64,000 bases of DNA, from contig CALKAQ010000062.1 in NCBI GenBank assembly GCA_937983075.1, forward strand, positions 41,277-105,276, given 5' to 3'. Below the pieces are notes generated by a model. That model was not told the origin of the DNA. It did not search any database and was given only the letters and a program-made list of their open reading frames with translations. The translations under genes and the position numbers were made by a program. Source of the DNA: an uncultured bacterium. Lineage in GTDB: Bacteria > Bacillota > Limnochordia > DTU080 > JAAYLA01. Below, piece by piece: positions 36,290 to 46,776 of this stretch; positions within the stretch are counted from its first letter, which is position 1, and the number at the start of each line of letters is the position of its first letter.

Positions 36290-39046
36290 CTATCCCACAC
36301 GCACCACCGAAAACCGTCGGATAAAGCGTTGGCGCAAAAATGTGACCATATAGCTGAGCACCTGCCCCCAAGCCGAGAAAATCCCGACGAGCACCCAGTC
36401 GTACCAGCTCAACGGCACCGTGCGGAAAACCGCCGTGACCGGAGGCCAATAGATCACCGCCAGCTGCATCGCAAACGAAATGATCACCGCGCCGACAAGG
36501 TAGCGATTGCCCAAGATGCCGGCCTCAATCGCCGTACGGTGTTCCGAACGGCAACTAAAAGCGAAAAGCAGCTGCGATGTCACCAGCGTGGTGAACGCAA
36601 TGGTGCGCGCCCAATCGATCGCTTCGGGACGCAGCCATATGGCTGCAACAAACGCTGCCACCGTAGAACCGCCGATCATCAAGCCGCTGAACAGGATCTT
36701 CCAATGCAAGCGGCGAGAAAAAATGCCTTCGTCCGCAGGGCGCGGCGGTCGGTTCATGATGTCTTTTTCCGGCGGATCGATGCCCAAGGCGAGTGCGGGC
36801 AAGCCGTCCGTCACTAAATTCATCCACAAAATTTGCAACGGCTGCAGCGGCAAGGGGAGCCCGACCAACACCGCTGCGAGCATCGCAAAAACCTCGCCTG
36901 CGTTGCATCCGAGCAAATAACGGATAAACTTGCGGATGTTTTCGTAGATTCCACGGCCTTCTTCGACGGCTGCCACGATGGTCGCAAAATTGTCATCGGC
37001 AAGCACCAACGCGGACGCCTCTTTGGTAACGTCTGCCCCGGTTTTCCCCATGCTGATGCCGATATCCGCTTCTTTGACCGCAGGAGCGTCATTCACGCCG
37101 TCCCCCGTCATGGCTACGATTTCACCCGCCTGACGGAGCGCACGGACGATGCGAAGCTTGTGTTTGGGTGAGACTCGGGCAAAACATCTCGTGGTCTCTA
37201 AGCAGCGTGACAATGCCTTGTCGTCCATCGCCTCGATTTCACGCCCGGTGACCACCGAATCGCTCGAGCCGAGCAGATGAACCATCCGCCCGATTGCAAG
37301 CGCCGTTGCGGGATGATCTCCGGTCAACATGATGGTACGAATGCCGGCACGATGGGCACGCATGATGGCCGCTTTCACTTCGTCACGCGGCGGATCGAGC
37401 ATGGCAGCAAGACCGACAAACGTCAATCCGCTTTCTGCTGCCTCCAACCCCGTTTCCTTAGCAGGAACCTGACGATAAGCAAAAGCAAGTACACGCAGCG
37501 CTTGCTCGGCGTACGCCTCGGTTTGACGTTCAATCCGTCGCCGCATCGCCGCGGTCAACGGCTGCGATTCACCGTTGATTTGATAATGGGTGCACTGCTG
37601 CAAAACCGCAGCGGGCGCCCCTTTCACCAACGAAAGATAACGGCGGCCATCCCTGACGATGACACTCATCCGTCTGCGCGCCGGATCAAAGGGATGCTCC
37701 AACAAAACCGGATATCTGCGCTCGAGATGTTCCCGCTGAAGTCCTCCTTTTAAGCCGGCGACCAACAGCGCTCCCTCCGTCGGGTCTCCAGACACACGCC
37801 ACGCATTGGCGCCGTGCTTCGACTTCTTCTTGCTGGCCTTGTTTTCGTCGCTCGGCATGACTTCCGAAGCATTGCACAGTACGCCGATACGCAACGCCAA
37901 TTCCATGTCGGGATGTTCACGCGGATCGATAGGACGCTGATCAGGCATTTTGAACGAACCGACAGGCTCGTACCCGATGCCGGTAACATGAACCTCCGTG
38001 TCGTCGGGCATGTAAAGTCGCGTCAACGTCATTTCGTTTTTCGTCAACGTCCCGGTTTTGTCGGTGCAGATTACGGTAGCACAGCCGAGTGTTTCGACCG
38101 ATGGCAGGCGACGCACGATGGCGTTTCGTCGGATCATGCGCTGTACGCCGAGCGCGAGTGAAGCGGTGACTACGGCAGGCAAGCCTTCCGGAATTGCCGC
38201 GACGGCCAGGCTGACGCCGATCAAAAACATCATGTAGAGCGGCAGACCGCGAGCAATTCCGCCCAGCACGATAGACAAAACGAGAACGGCGCAGACCAGT
38301 ACAAGCCATTTGCCGAGCTGCTGCAACCGTCGCTGCAATGGTGTGGCTTCTTCTTCGCTGCTGCGGATCATCTCGGCGATTTCGCCGATCTGCGTATTCA
38401 TTCCGGTCGCGGTAACCAAAACCCGTGCTCGTCCCCGGGTGACCGCCGTGCCCATGTACACCATGTTGGCTCGATCAGCGGGTTCCTCCGCTTCGGTGCC
38501 TTGGTGCGCTGCGTCTTTCCGAACAGGAATCGATTCCCCGGTGAAAGGACTCTGATCGACCTCGAGTGACATGCTCCACAGCAGCCGGCCGTCGGCAGGT
38601 ATGCGATCTCCGCTTTTGATGAGCAATATATCGCCCGGGACGATGGTATCGGCCCCGATTTGCTGCCGTTTTCCATCCCGAATGACCGTGGCCGTCGGCG
38701 CCGTAAGTTCTTTCAAAGCCTCAAGGGAACGTTCCGCACGGTATTCCTGGATGAAACCGAAAACGGCGTTCAATGCCAGAATAGCCCCGATGGCGATCGC
38801 ATCGACCGTCTCCCCGAGAAAGAAGGAGATGGCCCCGGCACCCAGCAGCACGAGCACCATAAAATCAGAAAACTGATTGAAAAACAATCGGAGAGGATGG
38901 ACGCGCGGACGTCCCGCAAGAAGATTTCTGCCGAACTCCTCCAGGCGCCGCTTGGCCTCATCACTAGTGAGACCCCGCGCCGGATCGGTTTTCAGCCGCT
39001 TGGAGCAGACATCCGTTGAGCTAACGTGCCAGGGGAAGCCTTTCAT
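36290..39046 (-). CDS. P-type cation-transporting ATPase (Ca2+/YloB-like, P2A)
   Basis: 918 aa with ICTDKTGTLT (phosphorylation site), TGES, MLTGDH, and TGDGVNDAPA. It has 10 predicted TM segments and matches the position of Bacillus yloB next to yloC. Confidence 0.9.
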   Translation of the reverse strand: MKGFPWHVSSTDVCSKRLKTDPARGLTSDEAKRRLEEFGRNLLAGRPRVHPLRLFFNQFSDFMVLVLLGAGAISFFLGETVDAIAIGAILALNAVFGFIQEYRAERSLEALKELTAPTATVIRDGKRQQIGADTIVPGDILLIKSGDRIPADGRLLWSMSLEVDQSPFTGESIPVRKDAAHQGTEAEEPADRANMVYMGTAVTRGRARVLVTATGMNTQIGEIAEMIRSSEEEATPLQRRLQQLGKWLVLVCAVLVLSIVLGGIARGLPLYMMFLIGVSLAVAAIPEGLPAVVTASLALGVQRMIRRNAIVRRLPSVETLGCATVICTDKTGTLTKNEMTLTRLYMPDDTEVHVTGIGYEPVGSFKMPDQRPIDPREHPDMELALRIGVLCNASEVMPSDENKASKKKSKHGANAWRVSGDPTEGALLVAGLKGGLQREHLERRYPVLLEHPFDPARRRMSVIVRDGRRYLSLVKGAPAAVLQQCTHYQINGESQPLTAAMRRRIERQTEAYAEQALRVLAFAYRQVPAKETGLEAAESGLTFVGLAAMLDPPRDEVKAAIMRAHRAGIRTIMLTGDHPATALAIGRMVHLLGSSDSVVTGREIEAMDDKALSRCLETTRCFARVSPKHKLRIVRALRQAGEIVAMTGDGVNDAPAVKEADIGISMGKTGADVTKEASALVLADDNFATIVAAVEEGRGIYENIRKFIRYLLGCNAGEVFAMLAAVLVGLPLPLQPLQILWMNLVTDGLPALALGIDPPEKDIMNRPPRPADEGIFSRRLHWKILFSGLMIGGSTVAAFVAAIWLRPEAIDWARTIAFTTLVTSQLLFAFSCRSEHRTAIEAGILGNRYLVGAVIISFAMQLAVIYWPPVTAVFRTVPLSWYDWVLVGIFSAWGQVLSYMVTFLRQRFIRRFSVVRVG

Positions 39047-39150
39047 ACCTGGGGAATCACCTCAGCTTGACCTAAAATCTTGCTTCCCCATTCGTATGAA
39101 GCAACCAAGCTGGTCATGCCTTCTTTTGAGAGCGATTCCCCAAATGTCAA

Positions 39151-39951
39151 TTAGAAATCATCGCAGTTCAAATTACCGAACCATTGTTCTGCGTCGATTT
39201 CACCGTCTCGCCAAAGAACGTACTCGACAAAATAACAAGCTGCTTCATGGTTTCCAAGCGCAGCGTGAATCCTGGCCATTTGCACATGATAGGGGAGGTA
39301 CCAAACCAGGTCTGGATTCACGGTTTCAAGCACTTCGAGCGCTCGTTCGGGCTCTCCGCTCTCCAAATAGGCCCCCGCCTTGAGCACCAAAGCGCGGATG
39401 TGATACGGCTTCTGTTCAAGGGCGGTTTCAAGGTGCTCAAAAGCTGCGTGGTATTGCTGGCGGCGCAGCGCGATCTCGGCCAAGCCGACATTCGCCGGCA
39501 CCACCGCGTATCCGTTGTCAAGGGCATCACGATACAGCTTTTCGGCTTCGACCAGCCGTCCACGTGTCACGTAAAAATCAGCGAGCAGCACCCAGACGGC
39601 CGGATCGTCCGCCTGTTCCGCGGCACGGATATAATGCTCTTCCGCCAACGAATATTCGCCAAGAAACTGGTAGGCCATGGCTGCCATGAGGAGCGGCTCG
39701 GCCTGATCCGGACGCAGTTCAGCCGCCTCAGCAAAAAGTCCCGTCGCTTCACGAAAAAACAGCCCTTTAGGATTTTGCGTGCTGGCGGCAAACCAAACGT
39801 ACGTGTAGGCACGCTGTAAAATTTCCTCATACGGCTCATCCTGCGACGCAGCAAAAACGTGACCTATACATATCGCGCACAGCAACAGCAACGTTGCTGT
39901 ACGACGGCCAGGAATGCGCATGAAAACACTCGACTCCTCTCGCCCCGTCAA
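39151..39951 (-). CDS. secreted TPR-repeat protein
   Basis: 266 aa with a signal-like N-terminus (RRTATLLLLCAICIGHVFAAS). It has several 34-aa TPR-like repeats (AYQFLGEYSLAEEHYIRAAE.., LADFYVTRGRLVEAEKLYRDAL..). Confidence 0.7.
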   Translation of the reverse strand: MTGREESSVFMRIPGRRTATLLLLCAICIGHVFAASQDEPYEEILQRAYTYVWFAASTQNPKGLFFREATGLFAEAAELRPDQAEPLLMAAMAYQFLGEYSLAEEHYIRAAEQADDPAVWVLLADFYVTRGRLVEAEKLYRDALDNGYAVVPANVGLAEIALRRQQYHAAFEHLETALEQKPYHIRALVLKAGAYLESGEPERALEVLETVNPDLVWYLPYHVQMARIHAALGNHEAACYFVEYVLWRDGEIDAEQWFGNLNCDDF

Positions 39952-40916
39952 CTTGGTGCACGCAGCCCCCGCCCCCTCCCCGCGGAGCCGCTTGACGCAA
40001 AATGAAGCAACGGCTGCATGTCATTCGGGAGGGAACTCACCCATGTATAAGGGCGTCCGCTAATGGGATGATGCACATGCAGCCAATGAGCATGAAGGGC
40101 CTGACGTTCGCACAAGCCTGGAATCGCCCTTCCATACAAAACGTCACCGACGATCGGATGCCCAATGTGCGCAAAATGTACCCGAATTTGATGCGTGCGT
40201 CCGGTGAGCAGCGTGACCTCAACCAACGTGGCATGCTCGATTTCCGGTAGACCTTGCCAGCGCCCAATCACTTGAAAACGCGTTGTCGCCGGCTGACCTC
40301 CGGCGCTCACACAGCGGCGTGTCAATTGGCCGGGAATTCTGGCGATAGGTGCGTCAATTTGACCTTCCGAGGCTTCGAGATGGCCTTCGACGATGGCGAG
40401 ATACTTGCGCTGGAGCCCGCCGTTTTGCATCGCTCGCATTAGACGATGATGCGCATGGGGGTGTTTCGCAAACAGCACCAGGCCCGAAGTATCCTTGTCG
40501 AGCCGCGTCACCGGACCGGCTGCACCGCCCTCGCCGCGTGAGCGCAAGTAATGAGCGACGCCATTCGCCAAAGTTCCCGAAAGAACGGGTCCGGATGGGT
40601 GAACCAGTACACCCGCAGGTTTTTCGACCACGAGCAAATGATCGTCTTCGAAGATGACCCGAAGGGGCATCGGCTCGGGTGACACGCCGCCGTCCCGATG
40701 ACCGGACAAATAAAGGGCAACATTGACCCCTGGGCGTAACACGGTGTTGAGCCCGGCCACTGCGCCGTCCACTTCACAGCGTCCTTCACGTCGCAGCCGC
40801 CCGAGCAAGGTGCGTGACATGCCAAAGTGAGTACGCAGCACGTTGTGGAGCGTCTGGCCTGCGAAGAAAGACTCAACCGTAAAAGTCAAGAACGGCCGCC
40901 GCTGTGGGTGAGACAC
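39948..40916 (-). CDS. rluD: RluA-family 23S rRNA pseudouridine synthase (RluD-like)
   Basis: 322 aa with an S4-like N-terminus, VTRLDKDTSGLVLFAK (catalytic Asp motif), and TGRTHQIRVHF. Confidence 0.85.
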   Translation of the reverse strand: MSHPQRRPFLTFTVESFFAGQTLHNVLRTHFGMSRTLLGRLRREGRCEVDGAVAGLNTVLRPGVNVALYLSGHRDGGVSPEPMPLRVIFEDDHLLVVEKPAGVLVHPSGPVLSGTLANGVAHYLRSRGEGGAAGPVTRLDKDTSGLVLFAKHPHAHHRLMRAMQNGGLQRKYLAIVEGHLEASEGQIDAPIARIPGQLTRRCVSAGGQPATTRFQVIGRWQGLPEIEHATLVEVTLLTGRTHQIRVHFAHIGHPIVGDVLYGRAIPGLCERQALHAHWLHVHHPISGRPYTWVSSLPNDMQPLLHFASSGSAGRGRGLRAPS

Positions 40917-40941
40917 GCATTCCCCTCCTACGCTCGCGCCC

Positions 40942-41148
40942 CTATCTCAAACGCTGTCGGGCTCGTGTCAGCAAGTGAATTTGCGAACGAACGAGCTGTT
41001 CACATTCGTGGAGCACGTCGATGAGATCGACGTAATCAGACGCTTCCAAGCCCGATCGACTCTCCGCAAACAAACGCTGGGTTTCGTGCAGATGATCGAG
41101 CAAGCGACCAATGGTATCCGCCGGTGTAATTTCGCTCACCTCCGCCAA
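40942..41148 (-). CDS. hypothetical small helical protein (68 aa)
   Basis: The ORF sits compactly between rluD and the ABC permease on the same strand. No family is recognised. Confidence 0.4.
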   Translation of the reverse strand: MAEVSEITPADTIGRLLDHLHETQRLFAESRSGLEASDYVDLIDVLHECEQLVRSQIHLLTRARQRLR

Positions 41149-41188
41149 GATGGATTCGCCCTACGGGGCAGTGCAACCTGCTAAGCCC

Positions 41189-42406
41189 TTACGCCCGAAA
41201 GACGACGTTTTCCTTTTTGAAACAGTAGAGAGCCAGGCCGAGTGCAGCTGCGGCACTGACCGCAAGCGAAACCAACGTGATGATCCAATGCAACGCGGAG
41301 CCCGTTGCGGTGAGCGTCTCCTGAAAGACGAGCAGCACATTCAACACCGGCACGGCATAAGTCCACAAGGCGTAGCTCGATTCCAAGCCACCGAAGGAGA
41401 CGTACATTCCAGGCAGCATCACGGCGAACGTCAACACCGTCATATACGCTTGGCCTTCACGGAAACTGCGGGCATATACGCTCATGCTCAATTGAACAGC
41501 GGAAGACAACGCGACGAACAAACCCATTAAGACAAACAGTGCGAGCGCGTCGAACAGTGTAATACGCAGCGCCAACTCAGCATCGGACATCAGGCGCGGC
41601 AAGAGATAAATCACCGAAACGGTCATGCTGAGAATCATCAGCGCAACGGCTGCAAACGTGACCGTCCAAATGGCCGCGAATTTGCCCAGAACAAGACTCG
41701 TCCGTGATACCGGCGCCATCATCAAGCTTTCCAGACTGTTCCGTTCCTTCTCGCCCGCCCCGGCATCGAGCGCCGTGTACATACCCCCCGCTACGGCGCC
41801 GAGCGCACCGAACAGCGGCAGCAGCGAGGCCAGCAGCATACCGCCAAGGAATCCGTCCGGATCGGGCGTGATGTCGTGAAACGCGACAATGCGCACGGGC
41901 TCGACCAGCGATCCAGGCAAACCGCGGGCTGCCAGACGTTCTGCCGTGATTCGCTCGCTCCACACTTGCAGCAGCGCCTCAACGCGGCTTACCGCCCGCG
42001 TGGAACCGGAGCGTGACGCGTCGAAGATCACTTCGAGTTCAAGCGTCCCCTCGTCCATTGCATAAGACGAACTGTCGGCAAGCGCAATCGCTGCGTCGAT
42101 GTCGCCGTTCGCCAACCGCTCACGCGCTTCCGCCTCGGTGAGCCCCGGATCGAGCAACCACTCGATGCCGTCCACCCCAGCAAACATCGCCGCGAGATCT
42201 GCCGGTGCTTCAGAGCCAATCCACAGCACTTTTGCCGGAATCTCGGCACTTTGGCGAAATTGCCGCTCCATCATTACAGGTCCGGCCAAGACGAGCAGCG
42301 GCATAATCACGAGCGGCAGCAACACCATCATGTACAGCGTGCGTTTGTCCCGCAATGTTTCCAGCATTTCTTTTCGCCAAATGGCCCGAATATGCTCTCG
42401 ATTCAT
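41189..42406 (-). CDS. ABC-2 type transporter permease (NatB-like)
   Basis: 405 aa with an N-terminal TM, a large extracytoplasmic loop, and 5 C-terminal TMs. Its start overlaps the upstream ATPase gene by 4 nt. Confidence 0.8.
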   Translation of the reverse strand: MNREHIRAIWRKEMLETLRDKRTLYMMVLLPLVIMPLLVLAGPVMMERQFRQSAEIPAKVLWIGSEAPADLAAMFAGVDGIEWLLDPGLTEAEARERLANGDIDAAIALADSSSYAMDEGTLELEVIFDASRSGSTRAVSRVEALLQVWSERITAERLAARGLPGSLVEPVRIVAFHDITPDPDGFLGGMLLASLLPLFGALGAVAGGMYTALDAGAGEKERNSLESLMMAPVSRTSLVLGKFAAIWTVTFAAVALMILSMTVSVIYLLPRLMSDAELALRITLFDALALFVLMGLFVALSSAVQLSMSVYARSFREGQAYMTVLTFAVMLPGMYVSFGGLESSYALWTYAVPVLNVLLVFQETLTATGSALHWIITLVSLAVSAAAALGLALYCFKKENVVFRA

Positions 42407-43155
42407 TGCGCTACCCCCGCTGCGGCAGATTCACCGTAAGCTAAAGCGATAAACGCGTCTTCCAAGGTGCTTGCGTTGGCCTGTCTGCACACCTTATCGA
42501 TGCTTCCTGAAGCTAAGATGCGACCATCGCCGATAATGGCGACTTTATCGCAAACGCGCTCGGCTTCCAGCATGTAATGGCTCGAAAACAAAATGGCTCG
42601 CCCCTGCCGACGTGCTTCGCTGATGAAATGAATGACGCCTCGACTCGCCAATACGTCAAGCCCGGCCGTCGGCTCATCCAAAATGAGCACCGGAGGATCA
42701 TGGAGAATGCAGCGCGCCAAGGCCACCTTCTGCTTCATTCCCTTGGAAAACGTATCGGTTCGCTCATTCTTGACCTCTTTCAAGCCGAACTGCTCCAATA
42801 GCTCATCAATGCGTTTTTCCAGCTGACTGCCATGCATTCCATTGAGTTTGCCGTAAAAACGCAAGTTTTCCGCTGCCGTCAAACGGCCGTACAATCCGGG
42901 ATCCGTAGGCAGCACACCGATGGACGTTCGCACCTTCTCCGGCTCACGCACGACGTCGTACCCGGCGATCGTTGCTTTCCCGGCGGTTGGAAGCAAAGTG
43001 GTTGACAGCATGCGCAGCGTGGTCGTCTTGCCCGCCCCGTTGGGCCCCAAGAGCCCGACGACTTCCCCCGGTTCCACACGCAAGTCGATTCCTTTGACCA
43101 CCACTTTCGTACCGAAGCGCTTCTCTAATCCCGTCGCATGGATCATCAGGCTCAT
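42403..43155 (-). CDS. ABC transporter ATP-binding protein (NatA-like)
   Basis: 250 aa with GPNGAGKTT, the signature variant FSKGMKQK, and the Walker B motif LILDEPTAGLD. Confidence 0.9.
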   Translation of the reverse strand: MSLMIHATGLEKRFGTKVVVKGIDLRVEPGEVVGLLGPNGAGKTTTLRMLSTTLLPTAGKATIAGYDVVREPEKVRTSIGVLPTDPGLYGRLTAAENLRFYGKLNGMHGSQLEKRIDELLEQFGLKEVKNERTDTFSKGMKQKVALARCILHDPPVLILDEPTAGLDVLASRGVIHFISEARRQGRAILFSSHYMLEAERVCDKVAIIGDGRILASGSIDKVCRQANASTLEDAFIALAYGESAAAGVAQ

Positions 43156-43242
43156 CCTTCCGGTTGCAACCTAGATTTCTTGCTGAAGAAAGGTTTGAGG
43201 CATGTGCATCAGTGAACTATATACGCAAGGAGGTGCATTCCG

Positions 43243-43491
43243 TTGGAACATGATCTCAACGAACAGCAAGGCCCTTACGAGCCGATTGACTGCGCCTTTC
43301 ACGATGAACTGGTTTCCTGGGCGACTCTGCAGCGACCCGTCGAGATTGTGTACAAGAACCAAACGGGAGATCAAGTTACGACACAAAGCCGCATTGCCGA
43401 CGTGTTCACCAAGGACGGCGCTGAATACGTCCGGCTGCAAAACGGCGAAATCATTCGGCTCGACATGCTCACGCAAGTGCGTGAAATCTAA
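43243..43491 (+). CDS. rof: Rof/YaeO-like (Rho-binding antiterminator family) protein
   Basis: 82 aa. YEPIDCAFHDELVSWATLQRPVEIVY...TTQSRIADVFTKDGAEYVRLQNGEIIRLDMLTQV parallels E. coli Rof (YQPINCDDYDNLELAC...ASDLVSRKNVEYLVVE..ELRLDKITSF). Confidence 0.65.
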   Translation: MEHDLNEQQGPYEPIDCAFHDELVSWATLQRPVEIVYKNQTGDQVTTQSRIADVFTKDGAEYVRLQNGEIIRLDMLTQVREI

Positions 43492-43618
43492 GTACGCTGC
43501 GACCGCTTACACCGCCACCGCTGCTGCGCAGGAAGCACGCGAACAGCGGTGGTGGCGTATTCGGATCGTTCCCCGCGCGTTCGCTTTTCGTCGGCCCGCG
43601 CCGATCACCTTTTCCCAC

Positions 43619-45010
43619 TTAACCCCTTCGTGTCAGCAAGGCACAACATTCCACATGTGCCGTGTGGGGGAACATGTCGACAGGCTGCACTTCGATCGTT
43701 TCATAGCCGAGTTGGTGCAGACGGCTTAGGTCACGTGCCAAACTGGCAGGATTGCACGAAACGTAGACGATGCGCCTCGGCCCTACTGCAGCCATAGCGG
43801 AAAGCACGGTTTCCTCGCATCCTTTGCGGGGAGGGTCGACGACGATGACATCGGCATGGACTCCTTCCCGCGCCAACCGAGGCATTTCAACGGCCGCATC
43901 TCCGGCGATGAACCGTGCGTTGTCGATGCCGTTCAAGGCGGCGTTTTCCTCGGCATCCGCAATGGCTTCGGCTACCCATTCGATACCGATGACTTGAGAG
44001 GCTTCCCGGGCCAGAAACAAAGTGATGCTGCCAATGCCGCAATAGAGGTCAAAGACAGTTTCCGTGCCGGACAAAGCCGCATATTCGACCACCTTGCCGT
44101 AAAGAGTTTCGGTCTGCTCGGGATTGACTTGGAAAAACGACACCGGCGATATTTTGAAGGCGAACGGCCCTAAGTAATCCATGACATAGCCCGCTCCAGC
44201 CAACACTTTCGATTTCCGCCCGAGCACTACATTCGTGCGCTCGGGATTGATATTTTGTACGACGCCCACCAGCTCCGGCATACGTTCCATCAGCTTCTGC
44301 GCAATTTCGCGCCCATGGGGAAACGCCTCGTCTTTCGTAACAAGAACCGCCAATACTTCACCGGTTCCACGCCCGACGCGGGCGATTACGTGGCGCAGCA
44401 CGCCGGAATGCGTATGCTCATCATAGATCGGCACACCGTACTCGGCGGCTAACGCCTTCACTTCACGCATCAGCTGATTGCCGAGCGGGTGCTGAATGTC
44501 GCACGACTCAATATCGACGATATGATGCGAGCGCGGCGCAAAGAAGCCGGCGACGACTCGGCCAGATTGGTGCCCGATCGGAAATTGCGCCTTGTTGCGG
44601 TATTCCCAAGGTGTATGCATTCCGATCGTCGGATGGACGACAACATTCGCCACGCCACCGATTCGCGTGAGCGCATCGACCACTTGCTGCTGCTTCAACT
44701 CGAGCTGCTTTTCATATGCAATATGTTGCAGTTGACAGCCGCCACATTGCTCGAATACGGGACATCTGGGCGTCACACGGTCGGCCGACGGCAGGAGCAC
44801 GCTCTCCAGCACAGCCCGGGCGTAACCTCGCTTCACTTCAACCACTTGAGCACGCACGTGATCGCCAGGTACTGCTCCCGGAACAAAAACGACCATTCCT
44901 TCATAGCGGCCGACGCCTTCGCCGCGGTGTCCGAGACCATGGATCGGCAGATCGATAGAATCTCCGGCTCTCACGGGAGAAGTCAAGATGTTCTTTTGCT
45001 TCGTACTCAT
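43619..45010 (-). CDS. 23S rRNA (uracil-5)-methyltransferase, RumA/RlmD family
   Basis: 463 aa with a TRAM domain at the N-terminus, an Fe-S cysteine cluster (CPVFEQCGGCQLQH), SAM motifs (DLYCGIGS, VDPPRKG), and the catalytic YVSCNP. Confidence 0.88.
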   Translation of the reverse strand: MSTKQKNILTSPVRAGDSIDLPIHGLGHRGEGVGRYEGMVVFVPGAVPGDHVRAQVVEVKRGYARAVLESVLLPSADRVTPRCPVFEQCGGCQLQHIAYEKQLELKQQQVVDALTRIGGVANVVVHPTIGMHTPWEYRNKAQFPIGHQSGRVVAGFFAPRSHHIVDIESCDIQHPLGNQLMREVKALAAEYGVPIYDEHTHSGVLRHVIARVGRGTGEVLAVLVTKDEAFPHGREIAQKLMERMPELVGVVQNINPERTNVVLGRKSKVLAGAGYVMDYLGPFAFKISPVSFFQVNPEQTETLYGKVVEYAALSGTETVFDLYCGIGSITLFLAREASQVIGIEWVAEAIADAEENAALNGIDNARFIAGDAAVEMPRLAREGVHADVIVVDPPRKGCEETVLSAMAAVGPRRIVYVSCNPASLARDLSRLHQLGYETIEVQPVDMFPHTAHVECCALLTRRG

Positions 45011-45143
45011 GTCGACAGTTTACCACGCTCCCGGCGATTCATTAAAGATGGTGCTGGCGGACTGCGCACGATACAGGACTGGAAGATGAAACGGCGAAAA
45101 ACGCGACGGATCAAGTCTCGGATCGGAGCGACACGGAAGGAAA

Positions 45144-45800
45144 GTGGTTATGGAATGCGTTCTCTGCGGCTCTCGCCGTGTTACCCATTTTGCTCATGTC
45201 CACGCCAGAGACTATCTTGCCTGTCCAACGTGCGATCTTGTATTCATGGCACCCGAATATCGCCTCGACTCCGAAGCCGAAAAAGCCCGCTATGTGCTGC
45301 ATGAAAACGACCCCACCGATGCACGTTACCGGGCTTTCCTCAACCGCCTGGCACAGCCTCTCATGGAGCGGCTGCCGCCTGGTGCGCGCGGTTTGGATTA
45401 CGGTGCGGGACCGGGGCCGACCCTTTCCGTAATGTTCGAAGAACAAGGCTTCCCGATGGAGATTTACGACCCGTTCTTCGCCCCGGACCGTTCGGTTCTC
45501 GAGCGGAGATACGACTTTATTACGTGTACAGAAGCAGCCGAACACTTTTACTCGCCTGCGAAAGAATTCGCCCGGTTTGACGCCATGCTCAAACCGGGTG
45601 GCTGGTTAGGCATCATGACCGAGACGCTCACCGATCCGGCCCACTTTGCCGACTGGTGGTACGTGCTCGAGCCGTCGCATGTATGCTTTTACCGTACGTC
45701 AACTTTCGAATGGATCGCGGCCCGCTTCGGTTGGCACCTCGAAATGCCGCGCAGGCAGGTAGCACTTTTTAGGAAAGTGGCATTGAAATCATCACCGTAG
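45144..45800 (+). CDS. class I SAM-dependent methyltransferase with N-terminal zinc ribbon
   Basis: 218 aa with CVLCGS...CPTCDLVF, then LDYGAGPG (SAM motif I). Confidence 0.75.
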   Translation: MVMECVLCGSRRVTHFAHVHARDYLACPTCDLVFMAPEYRLDSEAEKARYVLHENDPTDARYRAFLNRLAQPLMERLPPGARGLDYGAGPGPTLSVMFEEQGFPMEIYDPFFAPDRSVLERRYDFITCTEAAEHFYSPAKEFARFDAMLKPGGWLGIMTETLTDPAHFADWWYVLEPSHVCFYRTSTFEWIAARFGWHLEMPRRQVALFRKVALKSSP

Positions 45801-45856
45801 TTTTGCGGACCATCGAAAACCCAGCAGACGTTGCACACATCTTGGAGCGACGTGCT

Positions 45857-46645
45857 TCACTTGCCTTTCGGCGCAACTCTCCCCATGCTTTTGCGATGGA
45901 AATACGCTTCCGCCTCGTCACTGTACAACCACAATCCGAAAGCGACGATCATCGCGACGGCGAAAACGGTATTTGCGATGACCATGCTGCCTCCGACACT
46001 GGATCCGACAAATACTAAAACCGCCATCCCGGGCAAACGCCCGAGCAGACAAACGAGCAAGAGATGGGACAAACGCAGACGGGTCACCCCTGCGATAAAG
46101 CAAATGGCGTCATCGGGCAGTGCCGGCAGCAGAAACATCATGAAGAAATTCCACAGGCCGCCGCTGCTTGCAAGGTAATCAAACTTTTCGAGCAAGGCTT
46201 GCGGCACGAATCGCCGCACCACCCGTTTGCCAAAAAGGCGTCCGAGCCCCATCGCGACGAACGAGCCGATCGCTAGACCGAGCATGGTCAATAAAAGGCC
46301 ATGCCAAAATCCAAACAGATAGCCACCCAGCAAGCCAATCAATTGGCCGGGGATCGGTGCGAAAATGACTTGCAGCGTTTGCAAGCCAAGAAATACATAC
46401 GATTTGGCTTCTCCATAATCATCAAGCAGTTGCGTAAGTGTATCACGGCTAGACGCCCAGTCGCCGTTTTGCAGTTGCTGCAGGATTCGTTGATATTGCT
46501 CCGGCAAGAACGGCTCGGCAACATAAATAAACACCGTCAGGATGACGGTAAACACAGCGGCGGCAATGATGATTGGAAGCGCTGCGATCAGCTTCTTGCG
46601 GAGCCGCTGGAGCAGCTGTGTGAAAAAATTTGCTATTGTCAACAA
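45857..46645 (-). CDS. TVP38/TMEM64 (DedA-related, SNARE-associated) membrane protein
   Basis: 262 aa polytopic protein with FAPIPGQLIGLLGGYLFG and LLPALPDDAICFIAGVT motifs typical of the family. Confidence 0.75.
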   Translation of the reverse strand: MLTIANFFTQLLQRLRKKLIAALPIIIAAAVFTVILTVFIYVAEPFLPEQYQRILQQLQNGDWASSRDTLTQLLDDYGEAKSYVFLGLQTLQVIFAPIPGQLIGLLGGYLFGFWHGLLLTMLGLAIGSFVAMGLGRLFGKRVVRRFVPQALLEKFDYLASSGGLWNFFMMFLLPALPDDAICFIAGVTRLRLSHLLLVCLLGRLPGMAVLVFVGSSVGGSMVIANTVFAVAMIVAFGLWLYSDEAEAYFHRKSMGRVAPKGK

Positions 46646-46776
46646 AAGACTCTCCTAACCCTTGCGGCATGAATCAGCTAATCGAGTTGCCCTGCCGAGG
46701 TTAAGCAAACTTGCACCGGCATTCCCTTGTTCCAGTGCCAACCCTATATTTTGCTGACGGCTGGAGCAATCCTCTC

